Source of the DNA: Eledone cirrhosa
Taxonomy: Eukaryota
DNA: 64,000 nt
Reading direction: 5' to 3'
Assembly: GCA_964016885.1 (NCBI GenBank)
Contig: OZ024756.1
Coordinates: 40,734,001-40,798,000, forward strand
Of this stretch, positions 25,001-36,678 are shown piece after piece; position 1 is the stretch's first letter, and the number at the start of each line of letters is the position of its first letter. The position numbers and the translations under genes were made by a program. Under the pieces are notes generated by a model. That model saw only the letters and a list, made by a program, of their open reading frames with translations, did no database searches and was not told where the DNA came from.

Positions 25001-28000
25001 ATATAAAGTATAAGAGAGTAGTGCATCATGTTACTCATGTTAACATTAAATATGTTGTTAAACTGAAAATATAATGTCAGTTACCTCATTCCCAAGACTT
25101 TAGAGTAAAATGTCAGAGAGGCCTTTGGGTCTTTCACTCGATACATAGTTTGTTGATAGAAGAAATCCTGGAAGAGATATTAGTATAACAATAACTTCTT
25201 AATGGTGAAACAGAACAGATAGAGCGTTGTGTGGTTTATGTGTTTAATGTTAAGCAGGGAAAACATGTTAAATAACGATGTTGATTGTCCAACATTGGTC
25301 AATAGAAAAGATCCAACCCTCTTGTATGACAACACTCAACCATACATCTCGCAACTTTTGCTGGCAGGGAAAGTGGCGCTACAATGCTATTAGCTGTCAG
25401 CCGATGAAAGCAAAACATCGTTTATTTCCGTATTACTACCACACGTGAGTGGAGTTACTTAAATGAAAATATAAGTGGCCCTTAAAAGGGCCAAATTAGA
25501 ATATACCGCTGCGTTTTTACAGTTTTACTAGTTACACATACACACACACACATATATATATATACACACGGTGTCCCCTCCAAAATATATACACACTTTG
25601 ATTACTTTGCTGTTGAAGTGTGTATACATTTTTGGGACACTGTGTTTGTAGATATATATATATATATATATATATGTACAGCCACCGGAAATAACATCTG
25701 TGAAATATACAGCGCCATCTACCTGTTAGCTAGCTACCTCAACGTGAAACAAAAGAACCCTTAAAAGCTACCAGAATAAACGCCTACACAGCGACTAAAC
25801 ATCAAACGATTATTTCTGTATAAATAGAGTGGTTCCAAACACTTCGCCAGTCGACATTTGGCAGAGTCAACTCGCGTATCGTTGTTCCTCGCCTCTGCCA
25901 CGCTTTGTCACTCACACACGCCTTGTACCTCGTATCGTCGCTTCAGGTGAAAATAAATAGCTGATCGAATTTACATCTCGCCTTGCTTCGTCCTTTCAAC
26001 TTGTGCTTTCGTCTGTCCATCCTCAACAGTTCTTTTAAGGGCTATATGCGACAACAGTCCCTTTAAGGGCTATATGCGACAACAGTCCCTTTAAGGGCTA
26101 TCTTCAGATCTGATCAGACCGTATGCGATAACAGGCCTTCTAAGGGTTATTCTCGGATCTGATCAGAAGTAGTGACCAGACTGACTAACCACGTCGCAAC
26201 AATTGGTGACCCGAGCGCGCAACCAGACAGCACCTAAGACGTGTCACAAACGACAGAGGCCGAGATTTCAGAGCTGCGGGCTATGATCAGAGAGTGGGCT
26301 GGTCAAATTAAAGCCCTCTCGAATCAAGTAGAGAACTTGACCTTTCAAACACACCGGCGACGCAGCAACAGTCGATCCAGGCCTTTTCACAGTCGAAGAT
26401 CCAGTAGTCCCAGTCAAAATCGTGTGTCTGGCAACCTCTGCTGGTATCCCAGAAATTTCGGCGCACAGGCATCTAAGTGCAAAGCCCCGTGCTCTTTCCG
26501 GAATACCACCCAGGGCCTAGCGACGACGTTCACCCCTGGTACTGAAAAGAAAAGTCGTCTATTCTTTATTAACGACCAGGCGACAGGCATCCGTTACCTC
26601 GTGGATACAGGAGCCCAGGTTAGTGTTATTCCTGTTTCACTAATCTCGGGCAAAAGACACCCAACACCGTCCTTTCTGCAGGCAGTGAACCGATCGTCAA
26701 TTCCGACTTTCGGGGAAAAATCCCTGACCCTCAATTTAGGCCTGAGGTGGCATTTTCAATGGGTGTTCGTCGTGGCAGACCTGCCGACCCCTATCCTAGG
26801 AGCCGATTTTCTCCACCACTTCAACCTTCTGGTGGATATGAAGAACCGGAGGATTATTGACACCACCACAAACCTCACTGTGAGAGGTATATTTACCACG
26901 CAATCCACAGTGAGCCCTGTAATTTGCCAGTCAGAGCCTTCGCGGTACAATGGCATTCTCCAGAAATACCCAGACATCACTCGCCCGGTATTTAAGGATG
27001 GTCCTATTAAGCATAGTGTCACGCACCACATCGAGACAAGAGGACCACCCACAGCTGCCCGACCAAGGAGACTGCCTCCAGACCGATTGAGAATCGCCAA
27101 GCAGGAGTTCCAACACATGCTGGACCTCGGAATCATTCGCCCTTCCTCCAGCAACTGGTCTGCACCTCTACACCTTGTTCCAAAAAAAATCGAGAATGAT
27201 TGGCGACCATGTGGGGATTATCGTGCACTTAACAATTCTACAGTGCCCGATAATTACCCTGTACCTCACCGGCACGATTTTTCTGCCTCTCTGCAAGGCG
27301 CACGCATCTTTTCCAAGGTAGATTTGGTGCGTGCATATAACCAGATACCTATGGAGCCTGCAGACATTCCGAAGACCGCAATCACAACACCGTTCGGTTT
27401 ATTCGAATTCCTGCGAATGCCGTTCGGTCTGCGCAACGCTGCACACACTTTTCAGCGGTTTATTGACACCGTGTTACGCGATCTACCCTTCGTATACGCG
27501 TATATTGACGACGTGCTGGTAGCAAGTACTTCCGAGCAGGAACACGAGAAGCACTTAGATCTCCTTTTCCAACGACGTTTAGTTGAGTACGGTATCATCA
27601 TCATCAACCCCATCAAGTGCCTTCTCGGCGTCCCTTCACTGTCCTTTCTCGGGCACATCATCGATAAAGACGGCATTCGTCCACTTCCCGAGAAAGTAGA
27701 AGCTATCCGCAGTTTTCCCGCACCTATGAATTTTTATAGGCGGTTTATCCCTCATTGTTCCGACGCAGCCAGACTCCTCACGGGCCTTCTTCGCAACTGG
27801 ACTCGCAAAAACGAAGACATCACTCTAAACGAGGAAGAATTAACATCTTTTAACCGCCTGAAGGAAATGTTGGCAAACGCTTCCATGCTCGTTTCCCCCA
27901 GGTCTGGCGCTCCTCTTTCGCTGCTAGTGGACGCATCAGACACGGGGGTTGGAGGCGTTCTACAACATGTCGACGGCGTGTGGCAACCCTTATCCTTCTT

Positions 28001-29199
28001 TTCTAAGCGGTTGCAACCGGCAGAAACGAAATACAGTACCTTTGGCCGCGAACTCTTGGCAACCTATCTTTCGGTTAAGCATTTTCGGCACATGTTCGAA
28101 GGATCAGATTTCGTGATCTACACGGACCATAAACCATTAATTTATGCGTTCCGTACCAAACCAGATCGACATTCACCGAGAGAACTCCGACACCTAGATT
28201 TTGTCTCCCAATACTCAACTGATATTCGGCATATCAAGGGATCAGACAACGTAGCAGCCGATGCCCTGTCCCGAATCCAGCTGAACGCAATACATGTGCA
28301 TTCAGGCATCGACCTTCAACAGATCGCAGCTGAGTCGCCAACAATGACAAGTACTTCGTTGTCAGTGGCCCAACTCACCCAAATGGCTCGAACGCCATTT
28401 GATGGGGGATGGGGGATAGTTTTCTCATTAATCAGAGTGTATTTCATTAGAAATATGGCCACGAAAGTGTTGCAGAATTGAGATGTTTCGCTAGGGACAG
28501 CCAGATTTGCTGCTTGCTATAGAGACGTTATAGCAAAGAACAGACTTGCTTTTTGCTATAGAGAGACTGCACAAAGACGAAGTTCATAGCAATAAAAATT
28601 CTATTATTTTACATATTACAGTTTATTATTAAACTCGTAGAAGCAGTGGCTGGAGGATGAGACGAGCCTGAACAAACTTCTCTTCTTTTGCAGATAGTGT
28701 TCTGTGCAAACATCGACCAATACATTTCGTCTCATTTCGAGTAAGCCTTAGCCGTTAATAACCTCTTTAAAAAATATATATTAAAGTTATGCTATTGTTG
28801 TTTATACTTAACAAACTTATATTCTACGAAGTCCCAGATGTATCTATCCCATCATATCATTTCATGGGTTTATTTAGGACTACATCTAATGTGTATTTTA
28901 CTTTTTTAAGACGTGAGGGTGTAATTTCTAGTAGGTTGATCGACCACATAGAGGCTTGTTTTGTGTGTCTGTGCTTGTGACGATGTATGTGTGTGTGTGT
29001 CTGCATATATGTATATTTTATGATCATTATGAGCTGCAGCAAGCTGCCAACTCAAACATTGCCCCCATAACTAATGTGAACAAACGATATATTTAATATT
29101 ATGGGCAGGAGATAAAAATATGTAGTAACAACTTACTTTAGTAGCTGGGTCAGGCTGGTGTAGTGCTGCCTTGACATCTTCGTCCAACAGAGCTGCCAT
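22016..29199 (-). CDS. GLO1: Lactoylglutathione lyase (glyoxalase I), 181 aa
   Basis: Six exons: 29137-29199 ([21 protein letters not shown]), 25085-25167 ([27 protein letters not shown]), 24709-24849 ([19 protein letters not shown]...TTIELTH), 22889-22956 ([23 protein letters not shown]), 22392-22481 ([23 protein letters not shown]), 22016-22116 ([18 protein letters not shown]). Metal ligands Q/E/H/E are present. Absent from the ORF track because the exons are short. Confidence 0.96.
23163..24735. repeat. 39-bp minisatellite (~40 copies) made of the GLO1 exon 3 end plus its splice donor
   Basis: Minus-strand unit agtaagaccacca(c/t)tgacacagtaag(t/c)tatatttccact versus the real junction AGTAAGACCACCATTGAACTGACACA|gtaagttatttccact. 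Confidence 0.93.
25567..25645. mobile_element. Tc1/mariner-type mini-MITE
   Basis: cacggtgtcccc..aaaatatatacacacttt ... aagtgtgtatacatttttgggacactgtg inverted ends; related copy at 38931-39034. Confidence 0.65.
25676..26201 (+). mobile_element. 5' LTR of a Ty3/gypsy element (left boundary approximate)
   Basis: TATAAATA at ~25819, AATAAA at ~25952, ends ...GCAACA at 26201 immediately before a PBS; starts with TG after a (TA)n tract. Confidence 0.7.
26204..26213 (+). promoter_or_regulatory. Primer-binding site TGGTGACCCG (tRNA-Trp-like)
   Basis: 2 nt after the LTR terminal CA; complementary to a ...GGGUCACCA tRNA 3' end. Confidence 0.75.
26241..28400 (+). mobile_element. Ty3/gypsy retrotransposon gag(C-term)-protease-RT-RNaseH, internally deleted, antisense in GLO1 intron 1
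   Basis: Degenerate knuckle [18 protein letters not shown], protease [23 protein letters not shown] / RMPFGLRNA / YIDD, RNase[10 protein letters not shown] / RELLA / TDHKPL / NVAADALSR. Gag N-terminus, integrase core and a matching 3' LTR are not seen. Confidence 0.95.
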
Positions 29200-29334
29200 G
29201 CTGATACTATTGGGTTAAGAACAAAACTCTGGTTTCACGTTAAAATTGTGAAGATATGGCACGACAAGGGCAAATAACTCTATTATCTTTTACTGACATC
29301 AGCTTACACAACTTCAATTTGTGTTGGATCATAA

Positions 29335-29545
29335 TGTTGTGGGTTCGTATTCCTGGGCTGAGTTGCGTGTTGTGTTCTTGAGCAAAACACTGTTACATTC
29401 CTCCAGTATACTCAGCTGAAAAAAAAAAAAAATTTCCTGCAATATCTGTGCGTTTCACCCTGCGATGGATTGACGTCCTGTCCAGGGGGAAGTCATGTAC
29501 TCTTAGTCGCTTCACGCCACTGAAACTGGGATAAACAGCAGCCTT
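29335..29545 (+). mobile_element. tRNA-derived SINE (family B) just upstream of the GLO1 start
   Basis: gggttcgtattcc, gtgttcttgagcaaaacact, cctgcgatggattgacgtcctgtccaggggg, gaaactgggataa. Confidence 0.8.
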
Positions 29546-30880
29546 CCCACATTGTTTATTTTGTAATTTGGAATAAACTATTTTATTTTGGAACTTGTTC
29601 ACATTTCCAAACTATTTTCACATTTTGCTTAAATTGTTTTCTCTAATTCTATTTTTTTTTTCCATTCGATATAGATTAAAACAAAAACGTGTATTAAAAT
29701 ATCACCAGTTGTATAAAACTTGGTTTAATTGCCTTGCTTGGGGCGAGTAAGAACGTTAAGGATGGCATATCTAGTTGAGTGTTCATCTGAAGTCCTCTGT
29801 CATATTTACTGGAGGAGCTGTAGTTAAGTGTCACTATCATTATAATGTTAAAATGGAGGGAGGCATGAAACTACTTTTATTCCTTCCATCGTAAATTTAT
29901 CAGAAATAATTCTTAGAATATATTACAACGAAGTTAGGGTTTCCACATGTTTGTAAATATTACTATTTGATTCCAATTATGTATTGAAAAAAATATTGTA
30001 AGTTTATTTATCTTTGTTTATCAAATAAAATAAACAACACCTGTCTAACTATTACTTAATGCTATCTCGTTACCAAGTAAATATTTTGGTATTTTATTCC
30101 ATAATTCTCTTACTAAACATTCCTTAATTCCACCAACGATTTCTTCTATTTACAGTTAGGTTATGGACAGTAAAAATACATTTTTTTCTTATTTTCAGTC
30201 GAAATATGGAGTAAACTTATAAAATAGGTGCCACCCTCCCCCAATTTTACTAGTCACGTATTCTATGTATTCACAGTGATATATAGGATGATGTGCTCAA
30301 GCGTAGAGATGCTATAAAATTGTCTGAAGACCCTTAATAGACGGCAAAAGAAGTTGCCGTCTGAAACCCCATATCTTCACAACCCTAACTGGTATCTGGA
30401 ATATTTAGTGTTCAATTCCTCATAGCGACTAATGGCAACTTCTTTTGCCGTCTTTTATCAGCTATATATATATGAAGAAATCAGTTGAGGGGAGGATGAT
30501 GGAACATCTTTCTGTATTGATAGAAACTTTCGTAAACCAATTAAATAATTTAATGTAATTTAATCCTGGTTATTAGATTCTTGTTTGTATATATCGATGT
30601 TGTATTATTGTAGCTTCTGGTCCCCTTATTATTGGTGTCACATTTTTATATATACATACACACACACATATTTATATAGCAAAGGTAAAACTATATATAC
30701 AAAGCTCATATGTATGTAGATAATTATATACACTAGTATACATTTGCCAAGTAGTTTCAGAATTAACTCAATGTGTTTATATATTATTGGTCTGAAGAAA
30801 AAGGAGATTTTTTAGGGAGAAAAAGTTGGAAAGGCAGATAAACACAGCAATAAATGTATTCCATCTATTTTGTTAGGTCC

Positions 30881-33800
30881 ATGATGGAGGTCAGTTTTGT
30901 TAGTTTAATTCGACAATTGTGTGAACATCAAGTTGAGACAGTCTTCAAAGAATTGGATTATTCTTTCCAACCCCAACGACTGCAAGGTGATCGCAACCAA
31001 CTTGTGAAACAGTTAAAGATTAAAGCTTACAATGCTTTGTTTGGTAGCCTCAAGCAACAGGCAAGGTAAATTCCATTTTCCCTTCCTTATTCTTAACTCT
31101 TTTTTTTCTCTGAACTCACCTTCATTATTGGCCCTTAACTTGTGATAGAGTTGTAGTCGTGCCGTTGTGACATTACGGCATGTTTTGGGCATTTTAAATC
31201 TATACCCACTCTACATCTCCCCATGTATCGAGTACTCACATGATTAGTGGTCTTCTATGTCTCATCACTGCAGACTCTCTTTCTCTCTCTCTCTCTCTAT
31301 ATATATATGACTATCTTTGATATTATTACAGGCATAAAACTGGGTCAAGCAAAGCTGGCATCAACCAGCAATTGGTGGATTTACTGTCTTATACGGTGGT
31401 TCTTTCACAACAGAACAGACATGAAGAAAGCCAACAGTTACAGCTTCTTGTAGAGAAGTTACAGAAACTGGAGTCAGGTAAAATCAGAATATTTTAATAC
31501 AATTTTCCAAATATTACAAACAAGAGGAATTCATTTTCTCTCATTTAGTTGCATTTCATCTTCATTGAGGAGAAATCCTATATTATTATTATTATTATTT
31601 TATGGGGTCGATAAAATAAAGTACCAGTAATACACTGGGGTAATTGATGGACTTGTGCCAAAAGTAGAAACAATTATTATTATTAACGGTGGTGGATTGG
31701 CAGTATCGGTAGAGGGTCTGACGCCATGCTTTGCAGCAAAGAGTTACGGCCCTTTATGGTCTGAGTTCAAATCCCGCTGAGGTTAACTTTGCCTTTCATC
31801 CTTACGAGGTCGAGAAAATAAAGTACCAGTAATACACTGGGATAATTGCTGGCCTTGTGCCAAAAGTAGAAACAATTATTATTAATATTATCAGGGCTGT
31901 GGATCGGCAGTATCAGTAGATACTGGAGGTCTGTCCTCTGCCAAGGCCAGAATTTTTTGGCATTTTTGTAGCGGTAGTTGTTTCATGAGGAGAGGTTGCT
32001 AGCCTCCTTGCCAGATCTTCCTCCCTTCTAATCTGGGTTTGTGACTGACCATTAAAACAGGTTTAATAGATGGATCATTTTGCTAATGAAAACTTTTTAT
32101 TGTGATCTTCTAGATAATTTGGAAGCTTGTATAAGATTTTTGATGCAGTTAGCAGACACAGGCAAACAGAAAAAGAGACTTTTAGGATATCAAAGCAAAG
32201 TTTACCAACAGAGAAAAGTAAGTTTCATTAAGATTCTCTATGTTGTATCATCATCATCATCATTTTATGTCCATTGTTCTACCAATTCTTTTATTATTTT
32301 AGAATACTATACCAAAAATGGTTGGCTTTGATTATTTCAAAGCTACCCAGAAATTCTCTACAGAAAATGCTGCTTTCATGTACTATCCCGAATTTCCCAG
32401 GTACAGTATACTTTCTGATCCTTTTTATCAATATATAATGTTATTAGCTCTTACCTCTTCTGTTAACTGTTAACTTATCTGGGATGGTGGTGGGGCTCAG
32501 AGCTCCCTATCTTGTCTAGATAGAGTTTTAGAGTCACTTGTGTAATCTTGTTGGAGATGATCTATTCTTATCTCTCCAGTCACTCTCTCACAGATGTGAC
32601 ATCACAAACCTGGTATTTCTCATCTCTTCAGTCACTCTCTCACAGATGTGACGTCACAAACCTGGTATTTCTCATCTCTTCAGTCACTCTCTCACAGATG
32701 TGACGTCACAAACCTGGTATTTCTCATCTCTTCAGTCACTCTCTCACAGATGTGACGTCACAAACCTGGTATTTCTTATCTCTCCAGTCACTCTCTCACA
32801 GATGTGACGTCACAAACCTGGTATTTCTCATCTCTTCAGTCACTCTCTCACAGATGTGACGTCACAAACCTGGTATTTCTTATCTCTTCAGTCACTCTCC
32901 CACAGATGTGACGTCACAAACCTGGTATTTCTCATCTCTTCAGTCACTCTCTCACAGATGTGACGTCACAAACCTGGTATTTCTCATCTCTTCAGTCACT
33001 CTCTCACAGATGTGACGTCACAAACCTGGTATTTCTCATCTCTCCAGTCACTCTCTCACAGATGTGACGTCACAAACCTGGTATTTCTCATCTCTTCAGT
33101 CACTCTCTCACAGATGTGACGTCACAAACCTGGTATTTCTCATCTCTTCAGTCACTCTCTCACAGATGTGACGTCACAAACCTGGTATTTCTCATCTCTT
33201 CAGTCACTCTCTCACAGATGTGACGTCACAAACCTGGTATTTCTCATCTCTCCAGTCACTCTCTCACAGATGTGACGTCACAAACCTGGTATTTCTCGTC
33301 TCTCCAGTCACTCTCCCACAGATGTGACGTCACAAACCTGGTATTTCTCATCTCTTCAGTCACTCTCCCACAGATGTGATGTCACAAACCTGGTATTTCT
33401 CATCTCTTCAGTCACTCTCTCACAGATGTGACGTCACAAACCTGGTATTTCTCATCTCTCCAGTCACTCTCTCACAGATGTGACGTCACAAACCTGGTAT
33501 TTCTCATCTCTTCAGTCACTCTCTCACAGATGTGACGTCACAAACCTGGTATTTCTCATCTCTCCAGTCACTCTCTCACAGATGTGACGTCACAAACCTG
33601 GTATTTCTCATCTCTCCAGTCACTCTCTCACAGATGTGACGTCACAAACCTGGTATTTCTCATCTCTTCAGTCACTCTCCCACAGATGTGATGTCACAAA
33701 CCTGGTATTTCTTATCTCTTCAGTCACTCTCCCACAGATGTGATGTCACAAACCTGGTATTTCTCTATCAATAATTCCATGGGATAACTCTTATGACCCC

Positions 33801-36608
33801 CTTTTCTAGTGCCTAAAACCCAGACTTTCTCCTCTAAAACCAGTCTCACTAAGTTCTTTGAAGCAAACCATTCACATTTTCTTTGTATTCCTAATGTCAG
33901 ACACAAGTTTCACAGAAACAGTTTCCTTCCTAAAACCACATCTCTATGGAACTAACAGCCTAGGGATTGCTCTCCTTGAAGCTACAACATTGACCTTTTT
34001 AAAGAAAAGTATCAGTAAGCCCCTCTCCTTGTCCTGCCAGTTCAGTCATCATTTTCGTGCTTTAAAACCTTACCGGGTGACCTTTAATAAAAAAAAATTC
34101 AAAACAAATTCCAGATAGTGTAAATTTATTGTTTTTTCAAGTCTGATACTTATTTTATCAGTCTATTTTTGTCAGACTGCTAAGTTGTAAGACTTAAACA
34201 AACAGTAAGTGTAAATGCAGACATGCACACATACATTTTAAAATGTTTCTGTTTATTTTCAGAGAAATATTTGAAGCTAACAGTTTGGATTGTTCTCATG
34301 ACTGGCAAAAGGTAAGACAGAAGCTTTTAATGTCCATTTTTTAAACAGCTAACAACTGATGCAGGTAGTTTGTTCCATGCTTCAGCAACTCGAGCGTGAA
34401 AAAATGTTTCCATTACATTCAGTAATCTGTCCATTTTTCTCTTTGGTAGTTGAAATATTTAAGTATCTTCTTATTTCAGATATTTACAAAAACTCCAGGC
34501 CAGGGCCTGTCACAACATTTCCAAGTAATGGTAAGTACTGCCATTGTTTCATTCTGGAGGAAACTTCATAACCAACATGTTTGTGGTGTTTCCTATCATG
34601 GGATGTTTGGTGTTGTGTGACTTGCTATGAGAATGTCACCATCACCATCATCATCACCTTCATCGTCACCACCATCACCTTCATCATCAACTTCACCACC
34701 TTCAATCATCATCACCACCTTCACCATCATCATCATCACAATCACCATCATCATCACCATCAACTTCTTCATCATCATCATCACAATCACCTTCATCATC
34801 ATCATCATCACCAACAATAGAGTTTTGTTGTTTTGTTAGAAACCAGTCCATTCTTTATAGGAAGAACTCAGCTAAACAAAAAATAATATCCATATAATTA
34901 CTGATGGATGTGCTTTTATTGTCAGTATGACCCTCCCAAAATACAACAATATCCATACATATAGACATACATATCTGTGATTGCTTCTGTTATTTATTTT
35001 TGCAGAATATCCTCAATGATAACTATGAAAACCTTACTCAGCAGACACTGTATGGTGCTGTAAGTAATCGCAGTGTTTACAATTTGGACATAAAGTTGAG
35101 CCTACCTGATTTGTTAGCAGACCAACAGAGGTAAACACCTCCTCATACTCTTGCTACTACTACTACTACTACTTATTCTACCTGTGGACCAGTGCTGTCA
35201 ATAATGACAGCAATAGTGTTGAATATATTTAATTTTGGGAGCCCACGAGTAGTATGTCATATATACCAGGACTGGTGGACCAGTGTTGTCTGTTGTCATA
35301 TATACCAGGACTGGTGGACCAGTGTTGTCTGTTGTCATATATACCAGGACTGGTGGACCAGTGTTGTCTGTTGTCATATATACCAGGACTGGTAGACCAG
35401 TGTTGTCTGTTGTCATATATACCAGGACTGGTGGACCAGTGTTGTCTGTTGTCATATATACCAGGACTGGTGGACCAGTGTTGTCTGTTGTCATATATAC
35501 CAGGACTGGTGGACTAGCGTTGTCTGTTGTCATATATACCAGGACTGGTGGACCAGTGTTGTCTGTTGTCATATATACCAGGACTGGTGGACCAGTGTTG
35601 TCTGTTGTCATATATACCAGGACTGGTGGCCCAGTGTTGTCTGTTGTCATATATACCAGGACTGGTGGACCAGTGTTGTCTGTTGTCATATATACCAGGA
35701 CTGGTGGACCAGTGTTGTCTGTTGTCATATATACCAGGACTGGTGGACTAGCGTTGTCTGTTGTCATATATACCAGGACTGGTAGACCAGTGTTGTCTGT
35801 TGTCATATATACCAGGACTGGTGGACCAGTGTTGTCTGTTGTCATATATACCAGGACTGGTGGACCAGTGTTGTCTGTTGTCATATATACCAGGACTGGT
35901 GGACTAGCGTTGTCTGTTGTCATATATACCAGGACTGGTGGACCAGTGTTGTCTGTTGTCATATATACCAGGACTGGTGGACCAGTGTTGTCTGTTGTCA
36001 TATATACCAGGACTGGTGGACCAGTGTTGTCTGTTGTCATATATACCAGGACTGGTGGATCAGTGTTGTCTGTTGTCATATATACCAGGACTGGTGGACC
36101 AGTGTTGTCTGTTGTCATATATACCAGGACTGGTGGACCAGTGTTGTCTGTTGTCATATATACCAGGACTGGTGGACCAGTGTTGTCTGTTGTCATATAT
36201 ACTAGGATATATGAAGAATTTCACAAACTGAGAAGTTTGTGGGATTTTTAATTCCTTGTTTGCATTAGGAAAACCCTATAGTTTATGTTGATTACTGATA
36301 TATATATATATTAGAAAGTAAGGTTTTTTTTACAAAATGAAAAATAACCGAGGTGTCCTACACGAGTGAAAGTATATAGAAAAAAAGATGAAATCGAAAA
36401 TGCAACTGGAGTCTTATTTTAAAAAAAATATATATATTTATTTGGTTCCTTGACCGGTTTCGCAGTTCTTCTGCTTTTCAAAAGTAGAGTTGAGATGGAG
36501 GGTCTGTGGTTTTTCTCACATCAGATGTGAGAAAAACCACAGAATAAATATATATATTTTTTTAAAAATAAGACTCCAGTTGCATTTTCGATTTCATCTT
36601 TTTTTCTT

Positions 36609-36678
<70 letters not shown>

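Noticed and set aside
25493-26030. Histone gene upstream of the stem-loop motifs
   Set aside because: No histone-like translation found on either strand in the adjacent sequence.
26756-27943. Minus-strand and alternate-frame ORFs over the gypsy pol (likewise 53448-55143 over the RTE)
   Set aside because: Shadow ORFs of the retroelement coding strand with no recognisable motifs.
28400-28620. 3' LTR of the gypsy element after the G-rich tract
   Set aside because: No similarity to 25676-26201; more likely an unrelated repeat fragment that I cannot classify.
31685-31800. Possible tRNA genes at A/B-box motifs (also 17350-17420, 29335)
   Set aside because: No cloverleaf; they continue into multi-copy SINE bodies.
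35192-36251. 322-aa and 332-aa repeat ORFs on both strands
   Set aside because: 39-bp intronic minisatellite; the flanking GCP6 exons join in frame without it.
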